A stretch of 64,000 nucleotides of DNA, from the NCBI GenBank assembly GCA_016930135.1, contig JAFGHM010000055.1:6335-70334 (forward strand). Reading direction: 5' to 3'. Origin of the DNA: Thermoplasmatota archaeon. GTDB lineage: Archaea > Thermoplasmatota > Thermoplasmata > UBA10834. The translations under genes and the position numbers were made by a program. The notes under the pieces are model-generated. The model had not been told where the DNA came from and ran no database searches. It saw nothing but the letters and a program-made list of their open reading frames with translations. Of this stretch, positions 1 through 8,759 are shown in pieces. Position 1 is the stretch's first letter; each line of letters starts with the position of its first letter.

Positions 1-94
1 TTCAATGTCAGTTGGAAGCGATTCAGTGATGAGAGTCTCGCTCGGTGCAAGTGTCTCGAACAGACAACTGCTGAATGGTGGTTCTATCAAATGA

Positions 95-1355
95 AGGACT
101 AGAAAACGCGAACCCGTCGCATTCTTGCAGTCGTTGATCGTGTTGGTCTCTAGCATTCCACTCGCGGTTTCGGCATCGGGCGCCGACGGTCCGAGCATAG
201 AGCTCAGAATCATGACCTTCAACATCTTCTACGTAGGAGACGAGGTGGATCTCGACACCCTCCACTGGACTATGAACTCAGATGGCAACTAGGAAACGCT
301 CGAGCAGATCGTCGAAACGATTCGAGCATCTGAGGCCAATGTGGTCGACCTCCAAGAAAGTTTCCTGGATGTCAAGCGAATCGCGGACATGCTCGGCTGG
401 TATAGCTGTGAGAGGCTCCAAGTAGTCTAAAGGTCCCGTTAATAGACCCTTCTGGTGTCAATGGCCTGTTCATCTTTGTCGAGCCGATGGAAGGGCAGGT
501 TGCACCGCTTGCGAACGTGCATCTGCCAGCTGATCCATATGGCCCGTACGAGGTCCGAGACGGGGCATCGCTGGAAGAGGTGCTCGAAGTCGAGGAGACT
601 CTGCGGCTTGAGGGATCACACGAATCGCCGGCAATCCCGACGTTGGCGTTTTTGTTAATCCTTGACCGTCGAATCATCGCGCCGTGATTTCAACCTTCGA
701 TGTCGAGCTGAGGGAGATGCCGCTGCGGGTTGCTGTGGACCAGCGCCGCCTTGAGATCGGTGACGACTTGGCCGTTCGCTTCCATGCCTCAGGAACGCCC
801 AACATGCAAGTCGTTGTTGTTCCAGCAGGCGGAGGCCCTGAGACTGCAGCCGACTCGCAGACGACAGGCGGCATCATCGATGGTACACTGACATTCACCA
901 CGGATTTGTTCATGCCCTCCGCATACGAGGCCGCGCTTGTGAGCAAGCAAGGGAAGAAGATCGCGAGCATACCGTTCCGGCTCTACGAGCAGGGGGCAGA
1001 GACCACGGTGACGACTACCAAGAGAGCGTACATGTCGGGAGAGCCCATCGTCGTGTCATGGGCCAACGCACCAGGGTACTTCGGAGACCGGCTCGACATA
1101 TATCACGGTGATATTGAAGGGAAGAACCCCGTCAAGGAGACTGTCTACGCAGGCCATGGTGGTGGGAACATGCGCTACCTGTGCTACGATTACACTCATA
1201 AAGCGATTGAGGGGGCGGCGACATTCTCCGAATAATCATTGCCGGGATACGGCCCATGGCCGCTTAATCCTGGCAGCTATGAAGTCCGGCTGCTACTCGA
1301 CGACGCGTATAGCCTTGTGGGTGTTTCGATGCAGTTCAAGGTGGTCCAGGCGTGA
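95..1355 (+). pseudogene. Decayed paralog of the secreted EEP (endonuclease/exonuclease/phosphatase)-family protein encoded at 24270-25949
   Basis: Three-frame translation aligns over its length to the intact 24270-25949 protein (RIMTFNIF..., VKRIADMLGWYSCERLQV, LANVHLPADPYGPYEVRDGASLEEV, STFDVELREMP...YAGHGGGNMRY). It is disrupted four times. There is an in-frame TAG at 290-292. A frameshift and TAA occur near 428. About 375 nt (~125 aa, ESPAI...PSNHRAV junction near 640-665) of the catalytic core are deleted. An in-frame TAA at 1234-1236 replaces a Ser codon. No start codon or signal-peptide N-terminus is present (in-frame TGA at 92-94). Confidence 0.75.
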
Positions 1356-1817
1356 TCCACTTCCTCTGAGGCAGGCAAGAAGGGTCGCGTCGGTTCTATC
1401 AGCATGCGGTCTCTTCACTGAGTCCGTGTAGGCTTCTTGTGAGCTGCTCGTCTCTCTGACTGCATGACCACACGAAGCGAACGCGTTTGGTGCGGAACCT
1501 CAAAGCTGAGCAGATAGACAACATGTGCGACGAACAAGAGCAGAGAGACCCTGCTATTGTTCGCACGCGGAAGTTCGTTCTCTGCAATCGCTCCTTATCC
1601 TATTGGTAGCCAAAAGGATTAGCTTCGATTGTCAGTAAATTCCGGGAAGCAATAGGACTATCTTCTATCGTTCGACTATCTGCCGGTATGTGAAGCCGAG
1701 AGCTTCTTTTACTAGTAGATTCGGGGCAAGGATCCAGTATTTCGCACATTTTAATCCAGATTGCGCGATTAATATTTGGCCGCAGTTCGAATCCGTTCTG
1801 CGGTTGTCACAGTCATG

Positions 1818-2630
1818 CTAAGCCTTGCCAATGATGAACAGATATGATGCTGATGCCAACCCGAACTCCGCTATCGTCTCCTTGATCCTCTCCCCTTCTT
1901 CCTTCAGGCGGTTTCGGATTTCCGCATCAGGGTAGTCCTCTATCCTCCTCACTGTGTCATCTATCTCCTTGATCGAATCGTGGTATGTTGCCTGATTCTT
2001 GGGATCTTCGCACTCGTATCTCCTCTCGCAGAATAGGCAGTCGACGGAGTGTGTAGAATCATAGACCTCCAGCTCCCTCAGCTCTAGACTGCTCACGGTG
2101 TTCATGATCCTCTCTCTGCTGAAGGTCTTGTTGTGGGTGACGCCGAGCAGAGAGTCGATCCGCGCCTGCCATTCATGCTGAAGTGTGTCCGTTCTCTGGG
2201 CCTCGGTCTGGTTTCCATCGCAGTACATCTCCTGGAGTAGGAAAGAACCGCCGGTCCGCAATACGCGTCTCATCTCCCCCAATACCTTGTCGACGTCCGC
2301 GAGATGATGCAGGGAATGGGATATGCAGACAGTGTCAAAGGATTCGTCTCCGAACTTCAAGTCCTCCGCGTTCATCTCAAGGAAATCCACTGGCTTCCCT
2401 TGGAACCGTCTCCTCGCCGATTCCATCTCCTCCCTTGAGGCAGCCGAAGGGCAGTAGTCTACCCCGACCAGGGAGTCGTAATCCCTCAGGGTCTTCATCA
2501 GCGTGTCAATGAATGCGCCATTGCCCGTGCCAACATCCAGTATTCTGCCGCCTGAGATGGTCCCCAGCCTCTTGGCAATCACGCCCGCGTTGGATGATGC
2601 GACTCCCTTGGGCAAATCCGCTACTTCCAT
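1818..2630 (-). CDS. Class I SAM-dependent methyltransferase
   Basis: 270-aa ORF with motif I LDVGTGNGAF and a typical downstream acidic/hydrophobic motif II. A hairpin follows the stop. Confidence 0.8.
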   Translation of the reverse strand: MEVADLPKGVASSNAGVIAKRLGTISGGRILDVGTGNGAFIDTLMKTLRDYDSLVGVDYCPSAASREEMESARRRFQGKPVDFLEMNAEDLKFGDESFDTVCISHSLHHLADVDKVLGEMRRVLRTGGSFLLQEMYCDGNQTEAQRTDTLQHEWQARIDSLLGVTHNKTFSRERIMNTVSSLELRELEVYDSTHSVDCLFCERRYECEDPKNQATYHDSIKEIDDTVRRIEDYPDAEIRNRLKEEGERIKETIAEFGLASASYLFIIGKA

Positions 2631-2710
2631 TTCATCAGAGACCTGGACGTGGATTGTACCCGGTCTTTAAGAGCCTTCCTAGGTGCTCTGCGGTGCTGGA
2701 ACCTCCGCCC

Positions 2711-2738
2711 GAGGATAAGAACATAGGGGAGGAAAGGC
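2711..2738 (+). repeat. Recurrent purine-rich intergenic motif, instance A (GAGGATAAGAACATAGGGGAGGAAAGGC)
   Basis: One of at least 7 same-strand copies of the consensus GARGAAGAnnCCATAGRGGAGGAAAGGC. It lies about 25 nt upstream of the ATG at 2764. Confidence 0.5.
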
Positions 2739-2763
2739 AATAGGGGCCGAGGAGCAAGAGATC

Positions 2764-3045
2764 ATGGAGAAGACCAAGGTGAATACCCCCGCCGGACCAA
2801 CAGACGCTGTCGAGCTGGAGTTCAAGGTCAAGAGCGAGCCGTGGACTACATTGGAGTTGGAAGATGGCACGACACTGCATGTCAAGATCAACATAGGGAA
2901 GGTCTTCCGGCTGGAGCAGTATGACCAGATGACTGGAGAACCCGCGTATGTGTTCAGGTCCAACAACATAGTCCGGTCCCAGGTGCCTGCCAAGCTCAAG
3001 AAGTTCCAGAGCTATCCAAAGGCGACGAACGAAGATGTTGCGTAG
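2764..3045 (+). CDS. Hypothetical small protein (93 aa)
   Basis: Clean ORF in an intergenic gap with an acidic/basic mixed composition. I do not recognise a family. Confidence 0.45.
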   Translation: MEKTKVNTPAGPTDAVELEFKVKSEPWTTLELEDGTTLHVKINIGKVFRLEQYDQMTGEPAYVFRSNNIVRSQVPAKLKKFQSYPKATNEDVA

Positions 3046-3108
3046 TTAGGTTTGACGAGTGGGAGAGACCTGGGAAAGGAAAAACGTTGGCGGCTTGGGG
3101 GAACGCCG

Positions 3109-3594
3109 ATGACGAGATCTAGGAGGGCTTCGGGAAGTCGGCCAAAGGGCAAGTCGGCAGCATTCGAGAACGTGAAGAATCAGCTGGCCTATTGTGGGCT
3201 GTGGTGTGGAAGCTGCTCTGTCGGGAACGGCACCGTGAACGAGCTCTCCCGTAGGTGCGCCCAGACCATCACCGACTACGGGGTGAATGAGTGGGGGCCC
3301 AAGGAAGTCGACTACAAGGCCATGCTGAAAGCGCTCGCTATCGTGAGCACAATGGGGCCCTGCCTCGGGTGCCTGAAGGGAGGAGGCAGGACCGGCTGCG
3401 AGATCCGTGCCTGCGCTATCAAGAAAGGTATCACGGAGTGCGTTGATTGCGCAGACCAGGATTCGTGCCCGAATGGCAAGATCCTTCATCATATGCGCTC
3501 AGGAGCCCTGCGAGTGGGCATGAAGGTCAAAGACAAGGCCGGCGACTCCTCGAAAATCCTAGCTGATTGGATTGCCGAGGTGGATAGCGTCTAG
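3109..3594 (+). CDS. DUF3795-like cysteine-rich protein
   Basis: The AYCGLWCGSCSVGNG motif plus a second Cys cluster (CLGCLKGGGRTGCEIRAC...CVDCADQDSC) match the DUF3795 pattern. The upstream 19 codons of the ORF are low-complexity, so the start is placed at ATG 3109. Confidence 0.6.
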   Translation: MTRSRRASGSRPKGKSAAFENVKNQLAYCGLWCGSCSVGNGTVNELSRRCAQTITDYGVNEWGPKEVDYKAMLKALAIVSTMGPCLGCLKGGGRTGCEIRACAIKKGITECVDCADQDSCPNGKILHHMRSGALRVGMKVKDKAGDSSKILADWIAEVDSV

Positions 3595-3660
3595 TTCATC
3601 TGTGACGGCTTCGCGACATCAGCAAAACCGTACTTTGTCAGAATCTGATTCTCAGCCTTG

Positions 3661-3695
3661 GAAAAGACCAGGGAGAGGAAGGGCGGAAAGGAAGA
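3661..3695 (+). repeat. Purine-rich intergenic motif, instance G (GAAAAGACCAGGGAGAGGAAGGGCGGAAAGG), degenerate
   Basis: Matches the consensus motif. It sits in the convergent intergenic gap between 3594 and 3728. Confidence 0.4.
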
Positions 3696-3727
3696 GGTTT
3701 GCGTTCACATTCGCTGGGACGTGATGC

Positions 3728-4363
3728 TCATGGGGGAGGCCACGGAAGATCTACCCCATCCTGGCCCGGAGCCACTCCGAAATCAACAAGGTTCACGATC
3801 CATTCTCCGACTGAACCCAATGGGCCCCACCAGAGTCGGACTGCTGGGCTCCACCAGAGACCAGCCAAGTCGCCCACCAGGTCTTGGGACAAATCCACCT
3901 GGAATTTCGTGCCATCAATTGTGAACGACACCGGTGTCGAGACCATCGTGCTGACATCGAGCAGAATCGCAGAGTAGCTCGATCCATCGTAGTACAGCGA
4001 GAACGTGTATAGCGGCGCACTCATTGGATACGAGTCAATCCACAATAGCCATTCCGCAGTCTTGATTGGGATAGGTAATGCAGAACCCTCCTCGGGAAGC
4101 ACGGAAGCGAGTTCCATGCCGAACGTGTAGGTCTTTCCCTTCTGCGAGAGCCAAGTAGAGATCATGTCGAAGTATCCCGTCTTGGCCACAGCCGTATTGT
4201 CCGCCCAGTATTGACTCGGATCGTTCACATGCGCCCAGGAGTTCCGGCCTACGTCCCCTGTGCCATCCGCGACCTTCATTGTCAAAGTCCCGGCCGATGC
4301 CGGCATTGCCAGCATCAATCCCACTACGAACGCGCTCAGTAACGTCACTGCTATTTTCCTCAC
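3728..4363 (-). CDS. Secreted hypothetical protein (signal peptide)
   Basis: The N-terminus MRKIAVTLLSAFVVGLMLAMPASA is a classic signal peptide. The mature part is Thr/Ser/Trp-rich. Confidence 0.6.
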   Translation of the reverse strand: MRKIAVTLLSAFVVGLMLAMPASAGTLTMKVADGTGDVGRNSWAHVNDPSQYWADNTAVAKTGYFDMISTWLSQKGKTYTFGMELASVLPEEGSALPIPIKTAEWLLWIDSYPMSAPLYTFSLYYDGSSYSAILLDVSTMVSTPVSFTIDGTKFQVDLSQDLVGDLAGLWWSPAVRLWWGPLGSVGEWIVNLVDFGVAPGQDGVDLPWPPP

Positions 4364-4571
4364 TTGCTCCCTCCTCCTCGAACCGCCGACGAGGCAAGAT
4401 GTGAACGGCGATATGATGCCTTATCGGTTTGTCAAGCAGCCGATTGACATATGAGGAGGGCGGGCGCCGGTGTCGAAAAAGCCTCTATGTTGAAGTGTCC
4501 CCGCGCCTAGAATGCATCGCGTTTCACGTCCTTCTGATTTGCCTCCGTTCGGGTTTCGCTTTGATCGGGGT

Positions 4572-4693
4572 TCGGACATGCCTCTATTCGCGGTTTTCCC
4601 GCACTATGGTCACTTCGTCCCTTGTCAGGGATGTGCCACAATCCATAGGTCGCACTCTCAGTGCAGGTCTTTTACGGGGTTGAATCCGTGACT
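4572..4693 (+). repeat. ~120-nt conserved structured element, copy 1 (candidate ncRNA); second copy at 37769-37890
   Basis: About 88% identical to 37769-37890 in the same orientation. Conserved hairpins are GCGG-TTTTC-CCGC (4590-4602), GTCCCT-TTGTC-AGGGAT and GCACT-CTC-AGTGC (4652-4664). No ORF is shared between the copies. Confidence 0.5.
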
Positions 4694-4750
4694 AAAATAT
4701 CGTATGGTCTTTCGACTATTCGAATCCTGCGAACGCGAGGGGACGTTTTC

Positions 4751-4779
4751 ATCATAACATCCATAGAGGGAGGAAAGGC
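4751..4779 (+). repeat. Purine-rich intergenic motif, instance B (ATCATAACATCCATAGAGGGAGGAAAGGC)
   Basis: Lies about 60 nt downstream of element copy 1. A degenerate counterpart follows copy 2 at 37914-37940. Confidence 0.5.
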
Positions 4780-5042
4780 GACCGATGTTCAAATCTAACC
4801 TCCGAACTCTGGGAATGTCCGAGTCAGATGTTCCTTGAATCGCACCGCAACTCTGCGATTCATGTGCTTAGCCAAGTAGCTTGATATCCCTTCGAGAAGA
4901 CCGGATTCGCTAGATGTGGAGGGGTCAACAGCATGTACGAAGACGATGTCGCCAATCCAGGGTCCAGTCGCAAACAGAGGCAGAATCCGGCTTGATGTGC
5001 GAGGATGCTATTCGAAACGCTTATGTTGTGTGAACCCCTCGC

Positions 5043-6041
5043 GTGACCTCTATGGGAGGAGAATTGGTCGCCAGCCAGACGTCAAGTGCCGGCGTGAACA
5101 CGATTCATGTCTCCGCGAAGGAGGTGACCGTTGCATACGGGCCAGTTGTGGCTCTCGACGGGTTCACGGCAGACATTCCCCGCGGCATTGTCGGTCTCTT
5201 GGGGCCGAACGGTGCGGGCAAGAGCACCTTCATCAAAGCCTGTCTGGGGCTGCTATCCCTCGATCGGGGCGCCATCTCCGTTGGCGGGTTCGACTCTCAG
5301 GCCCAGAGCCTCCTGATCCGGGACAGAGTTGGCTACATGCCCGAACACGACTGCCTAATACAGTCCGTTAACGCAGTGGAGCTCGTGTCCCACTTGGGGA
5401 TGATATCCGGGATGATATCGCTCGACGCGATGCAGCGCTGCCACGAGGTGCTGGACTTCGTCGGGATCGGCGAGGAGAGGTACAGGCCCATCAAATCGTA
5501 CTCGACCGGCATGAAGCAGAAGATCAAGCTCGCCCAGGCGATAATCCACGACCCTGAGTTGCTGTTCTTGGATGAACCGACCAGCGGGATGGACCCACAA
5601 GGACGCGAGGAATTGCTGGACCTCGTGAAGAAGATGGCGTCCTCAGAGAAAACGATCATCGTCTCCTCTCACATACTCCAGGACGTCGAGCGCGTCTGCG
5701 ACTACGCCGTGATAATCGATAGCGGGAGGCTGGTCAAGTCCGGCGACATGAGAGCGCTCTTGGCCGGAGAGGAGGGTGTCAGAAGCATATCCGTCCGAGG
5801 AGACGCGCCTTCCCTGCAGCGATATGTCAAGGCATTGGAGAAGCTGTGCAGGATAATCGACAAGAAGGACGATGTTGTGGGTCAGCTCACCCTCCTGGTC
5901 CGGGGATGCGAGGACGGCAGGCTGGTTTTTAGGTTGGCCGCGGAGAACGGCGTCCAGATGAGGAGGTTCCACCCGGAGAGGCTTGACCTCGAAGAGGTTT
6001 TCCTACGCGCGTTCAGAGGAGGTGGCCGGGATGGGCATTAG
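5043..6041 (+). CDS. ABC transporter ATP-binding protein (ABC-2 exporter type)
   Basis: Walker A GLLGPNGAGKST, signature YSTGMKQKIKLAQAI and Walker B LLFLDEPTSGMDP are all present. Confidence 0.85.
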   Translation: MTSMGGELVASQTSSAGVNTIHVSAKEVTVAYGPVVALDGFTADIPRGIVGLLGPNGAGKSTFIKACLGLLSLDRGAISVGGFDSQAQSLLIRDRVGYMPEHDCLIQSVNAVELVSHLGMISGMISLDAMQRCHEVLDFVGIGEERYRPIKSYSTGMKQKIKLAQAIIHDPELLFLDEPTSGMDPQGREELLDLVKKMASSEKTIIVSSHILQDVERVCDYAVIIDSGRLVKSGDMRALLAGEEGVRSISVRGDAPSLQRYVKALEKLCRIIDKKDDVVGQLTLLVRGCEDGRLVFRLAAENGVQMRRFHPERLDLEEVFLRAFRGGGRDGH

Positions 6042-6852
6042 CCCGATCGAGTACCATCCCTGGAAGGGGGAGAGGATCGCCCTTAACCTACGGTTCTATG
6101 TCATCGCCCGGAGCATCCTGAGGCACAAGATCAGGTCGGCCGGTGTGCTCGTGCTTCTTATCCTCGGGTTTCTGCTCGCCCACACTCTGTATCTGATCAT
6201 GTTCATCTTGTCACCGCACGAGAGGCTGGAACCAACGGACATGAGCTCCTACTTGGGGAGTGGCATGTTCACGGTTTTCGCCATGCTCCTGGCTGCCGTT
6301 GTTACATCGGACCTCATATCGGAGGACCTTGCGAGCAACTCATTCGTACTCTACTTCGCGAGGGCGCTCAAGGTGAGGGATTATATCATGGGCAAGGCTG
6401 TTGGCGCGTTGCTCGTGATGAGCCTCTTGTGCCTTTTCCCTCCGATCCTGGTCGCTATCGTCTCGATGGTGACTCAGACCGGCGACGACTACGTGTACAG
6501 CCTCGGTGTCCTGTGCAAGACTGCTCTTATCGGCGCGCTCGTAACCGTGTTCTTCGTCCCATTCGGGCTGATGGTCTCGTGCTTCACCAAGAGGAAGAGC
6601 TACGCTGCAGTCGGGACATTCATGTCGTTCTTCGTCCTGGCAATAGTCGCGGGCATCTTCTCCCAGTTCTCGAATGCTTGGACGATCGTGAGTCCGATAG
6701 ACTCGTTGGCCATCCTCTTCAGATGGTTCCTCGAGGGCAAAATCCCGACTTACGTCGACGAGGTGGCCCTCGTTCTAATCATAACCTTCTTAATGGTGGT
6801 GCCCGCAGCGGTGGTGTACTACAGGCTCACCAGGCAGGTGATCGGGAAATGA
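6031..6852 (+). CDS. ABC-2 family transporter permease
   Basis: Polytopic membrane protein with about 6 TM helices. It overlaps the upstream ATPase stop by 11 nt (ATG 6031). An alternative start lies upstream at 5983. Confidence 0.7.
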   Translation: MGISPIEYHPWKGERIALNLRFYVIARSILRHKIRSAGVLVLLILGFLLAHTLYLIMFILSPHERLEPTDMSSYLGSGMFTVFAMLLAAVVTSDLISEDLASNSFVLYFARALKVRDYIMGKAVGALLVMSLLCLFPPILVAIVSMVTQTGDDYVYSLGVLCKTALIGALVTVFFVPFGLMVSCFTKRKSYAAVGTFMSFFVLAIVAGIFSQFSNAWTIVSPIDSLAILFRWFLEGKIPTYVDEVALVLIITFLMVVPAAVVYYRLTRQVIGK

Positions 6853-7799
6853 CTGTCCAGGAGGGCGGCCCAGAGCCGATAATCCAGGCGCGGGCATTGA
6901 GCAAATGGTACGGGCAGGTGATTGGGCTCAACAACTTCGCGGTAAGAGTCATGCCCGGGATAACGGGCATAGTGGGCCCCAACGGCTCGGGGAAGAGCAC
7001 GTTTTTCAAGCTGGTCCTCGGGCTGATCAAGCCGAACGCGGGCAGCATAACCGTCCTTGGCAAAGGCCCTTGGAAGAACCCCGAACTGCACTCATCAATC
7101 GGCTTCTGTCCGGACTACGAGTCGCTCCCGACCGATTCGACCGGGCGGGAGTACCTGACGCTCATAGGGAAATTGCACATGATGCATGGGACCGCCCTCG
7201 CGGACCGTATCAACGAGGTTGTCAGGCTGGTCGAGATGGGCAAGGCCGTTGACAGGAGGACTGGGGGTTACAGCAAGGGCATGAAGCAGAGGATGAAGAT
7301 AGCGGGGGCGATGCTGCACGACCCCAAGCTCCTGATACTCGACGAACCCCTGAGCGGGACCGACCCGCTCGTGCGCAAAGACATCATAGACCTCATCAAG
7401 AGGCTCAACAAGGAGCACGAGCACGACATAATAGTCAGCTCCCACGTGCTGTTCGAAATCGAGCGGATGACGCATGACGTTGCGCTTGTCTACAGGGGCA
7501 GGACCATCGCATCCGGGGACATATCTGAGATACGGAACCTCATCGACAGGCACCCTCACAACATCATCATAGAGGGGCAAGGGACCACCGCACTGGCCAA
7601 GATGCTGCTCGACCAGGACTATGTCGTTTCCGTGAGGTTCAACGAGAGCAAGGACAGCGTGACCGTCCAGGTGTCAGAGCCGAACCGATTCTTCGATGGC
7701 CTCCCGGCTCTCATTGAGAACGCCCAGTGCTCGGTGACGAAGATGTACAGCCTAGACGACAACCTGGAGGCGGTCTTCAGGTATCTCGTGGGGGGATAG
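6849..7799 (+). CDS. ABC transporter ATP-binding protein (second ATPase)
   Basis: Walker A GIVGPNGSGKST, signature YSKGMKQRMKIAGAM and Walker B LLILDEPLSGTDP. The ATG overlaps the permease stop (ATGA). The 6429 start in the ORF track is an out-of-gene extension. Confidence 0.85.
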   Translation: MTVQEGGPEPIIQARALSKWYGQVIGLNNFAVRVMPGITGIVGPNGSGKSTFFKLVLGLIKPNAGSITVLGKGPWKNPELHSSIGFCPDYESLPTDSTGREYLTLIGKLHMMHGTALADRINEVVRLVEMGKAVDRRTGGYSKGMKQRMKIAGAMLHDPKLLILDEPLSGTDPLVRKDIIDLIKRLNKEHEHDIIVSSHVLFEIERMTHDVALVYRGRTIASGDISEIRNLIDRHPHNIIIEGQGTTALAKMLLDQDYVVSVRFNESKDSVTVQVSEPNRFFDGLPALIENAQCSVTKMYSLDDNLEAVFRYLVGG

Positions 7800-7803
7800 A
7801 AGC

Positions 7804-8562
7804 ATGGACGTGAAGAGAGTCCTCGTCGGAATACTCGCGCTTACACTTCACTACACGAAGAAGCTGCTGTTCGGCAGGAAGGTGGTAATCACCATCCTCG
7901 TTGGGCTGTTCGTCGCCGCCGTCATGGCCTACGCAGGGTCGCAGAGCCATGCCCCACTCGAGGACGGGACGAACATGATGGATACACTCATTCTCTTCTT
8001 CTTCATGCCAGTCATGGCGATGATCTTCGGCTCCTCGCTGATACGTGATGAGATCGACGACAAGAGCATCACGCACATCGCGACGGCACCTCTGGACCGC
8101 GCGTTCACTTATGTTGGATACTACCTTCCTTTGGGGATTGCAGTCGCGGTGTCTATGGTGTCGATCAGCTCAGTTGGCATGCTAGCTTTTTTTGGACAAC
8201 ATGGAGTGGGCTCTGAGGCGTTCGAGATATATTTGGAATTCGTCGCCCTCGTCGTCATCGGGTCGTTTGTGTACTCGTCGCTGTTCCTAGCGATCGGCGT
8301 GTTGTTTCCGAAACCGGTCATGGTTGGCCTATTCTACGCGTTCATTTGGGAAGGATTCATCGGGTCTTTGCCTGGCGCGATCCAGAATGCCTCAATCAAG
8401 CACTACCTCAGGAGTGTGGGATGCGGATGGGTGGATTTCGGAAGCATCAGCAGATGGGACCAGGCGTCCAGCGTGTCGGGGTCTGCCGCCGTGTTGCTAT
8501 GCTTGGCGCTCTTCTTCCTCGTATCGGGAGTGTATCTCTTCAGGGAGAAGGAACTCGCCTAG
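7804..8562 (+). CDS. ABC-2 family transporter permease (second)
   Basis: 252-aa multi-TM protein that starts 5 nt after the ATPase stop. Confidence 0.75.
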   Translation: MDVKRVLVGILALTLHYTKKLLFGRKVVITILVGLFVAAVMAYAGSQSHAPLEDGTNMMDTLILFFFMPVMAMIFGSSLIRDEIDDKSITHIATAPLDRAFTYVGYYLPLGIAVAVSMVSISSVGMLAFFGQHGVGSEAFEIYLEFVALVVIGSFVYSSLFLAIGVLFPKPVMVGLFYAFIWEGFIGSLPGAIQNASIKHYLRSVGCGWVDFGSISRWDQASSVSGSAAVLLCLALFFLVSGVYLFREKELA

Positions 8563-8759
8563 AGGAATGAGGAGTTGGGAGCGCAATGGAAGAGGAGATG
8601 CAAACAGCGAGATCCTGGAAAGGCGACGGGTGCGGGGAGATGAGGAGACTGGCTAAGCCTCGGCAGGTACGTTTATTATGCCTGTATGGAAATGAGGCGG
8701 GTAGGTGAGGTTTACTGTCCAGCGATTCTTCAGAGGTCTTCAGAATCGCTCTCGTTCAA

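Noticed and set aside
3658-3924. 88-aa ORF MEKTRERKGGKEE...
   Set aside because: Its N-terminus is simply the translation of a purine-rich motif copy. It overlaps the 3' end of the convergent secreted-protein gene.
4700-4725. TTCGAATCC T-loop-like sequence (also at 1789-1797), suggesting a tRNA
   Set aside because: No acceptor, D or anticodon arms can be paired around either site. At 1784-1803 the sequence instead forms a simple GCAG...CTGC hairpin just past a stop codon.
6429-6848. Long 5' extension of the second ABC ATPase ORF (ORF track start 6429)
   Set aside because: The first 140 codons overlap the permease gene out of frame and have no ATPase homology. The real start is ATG 6849, coupled to the permease stop.
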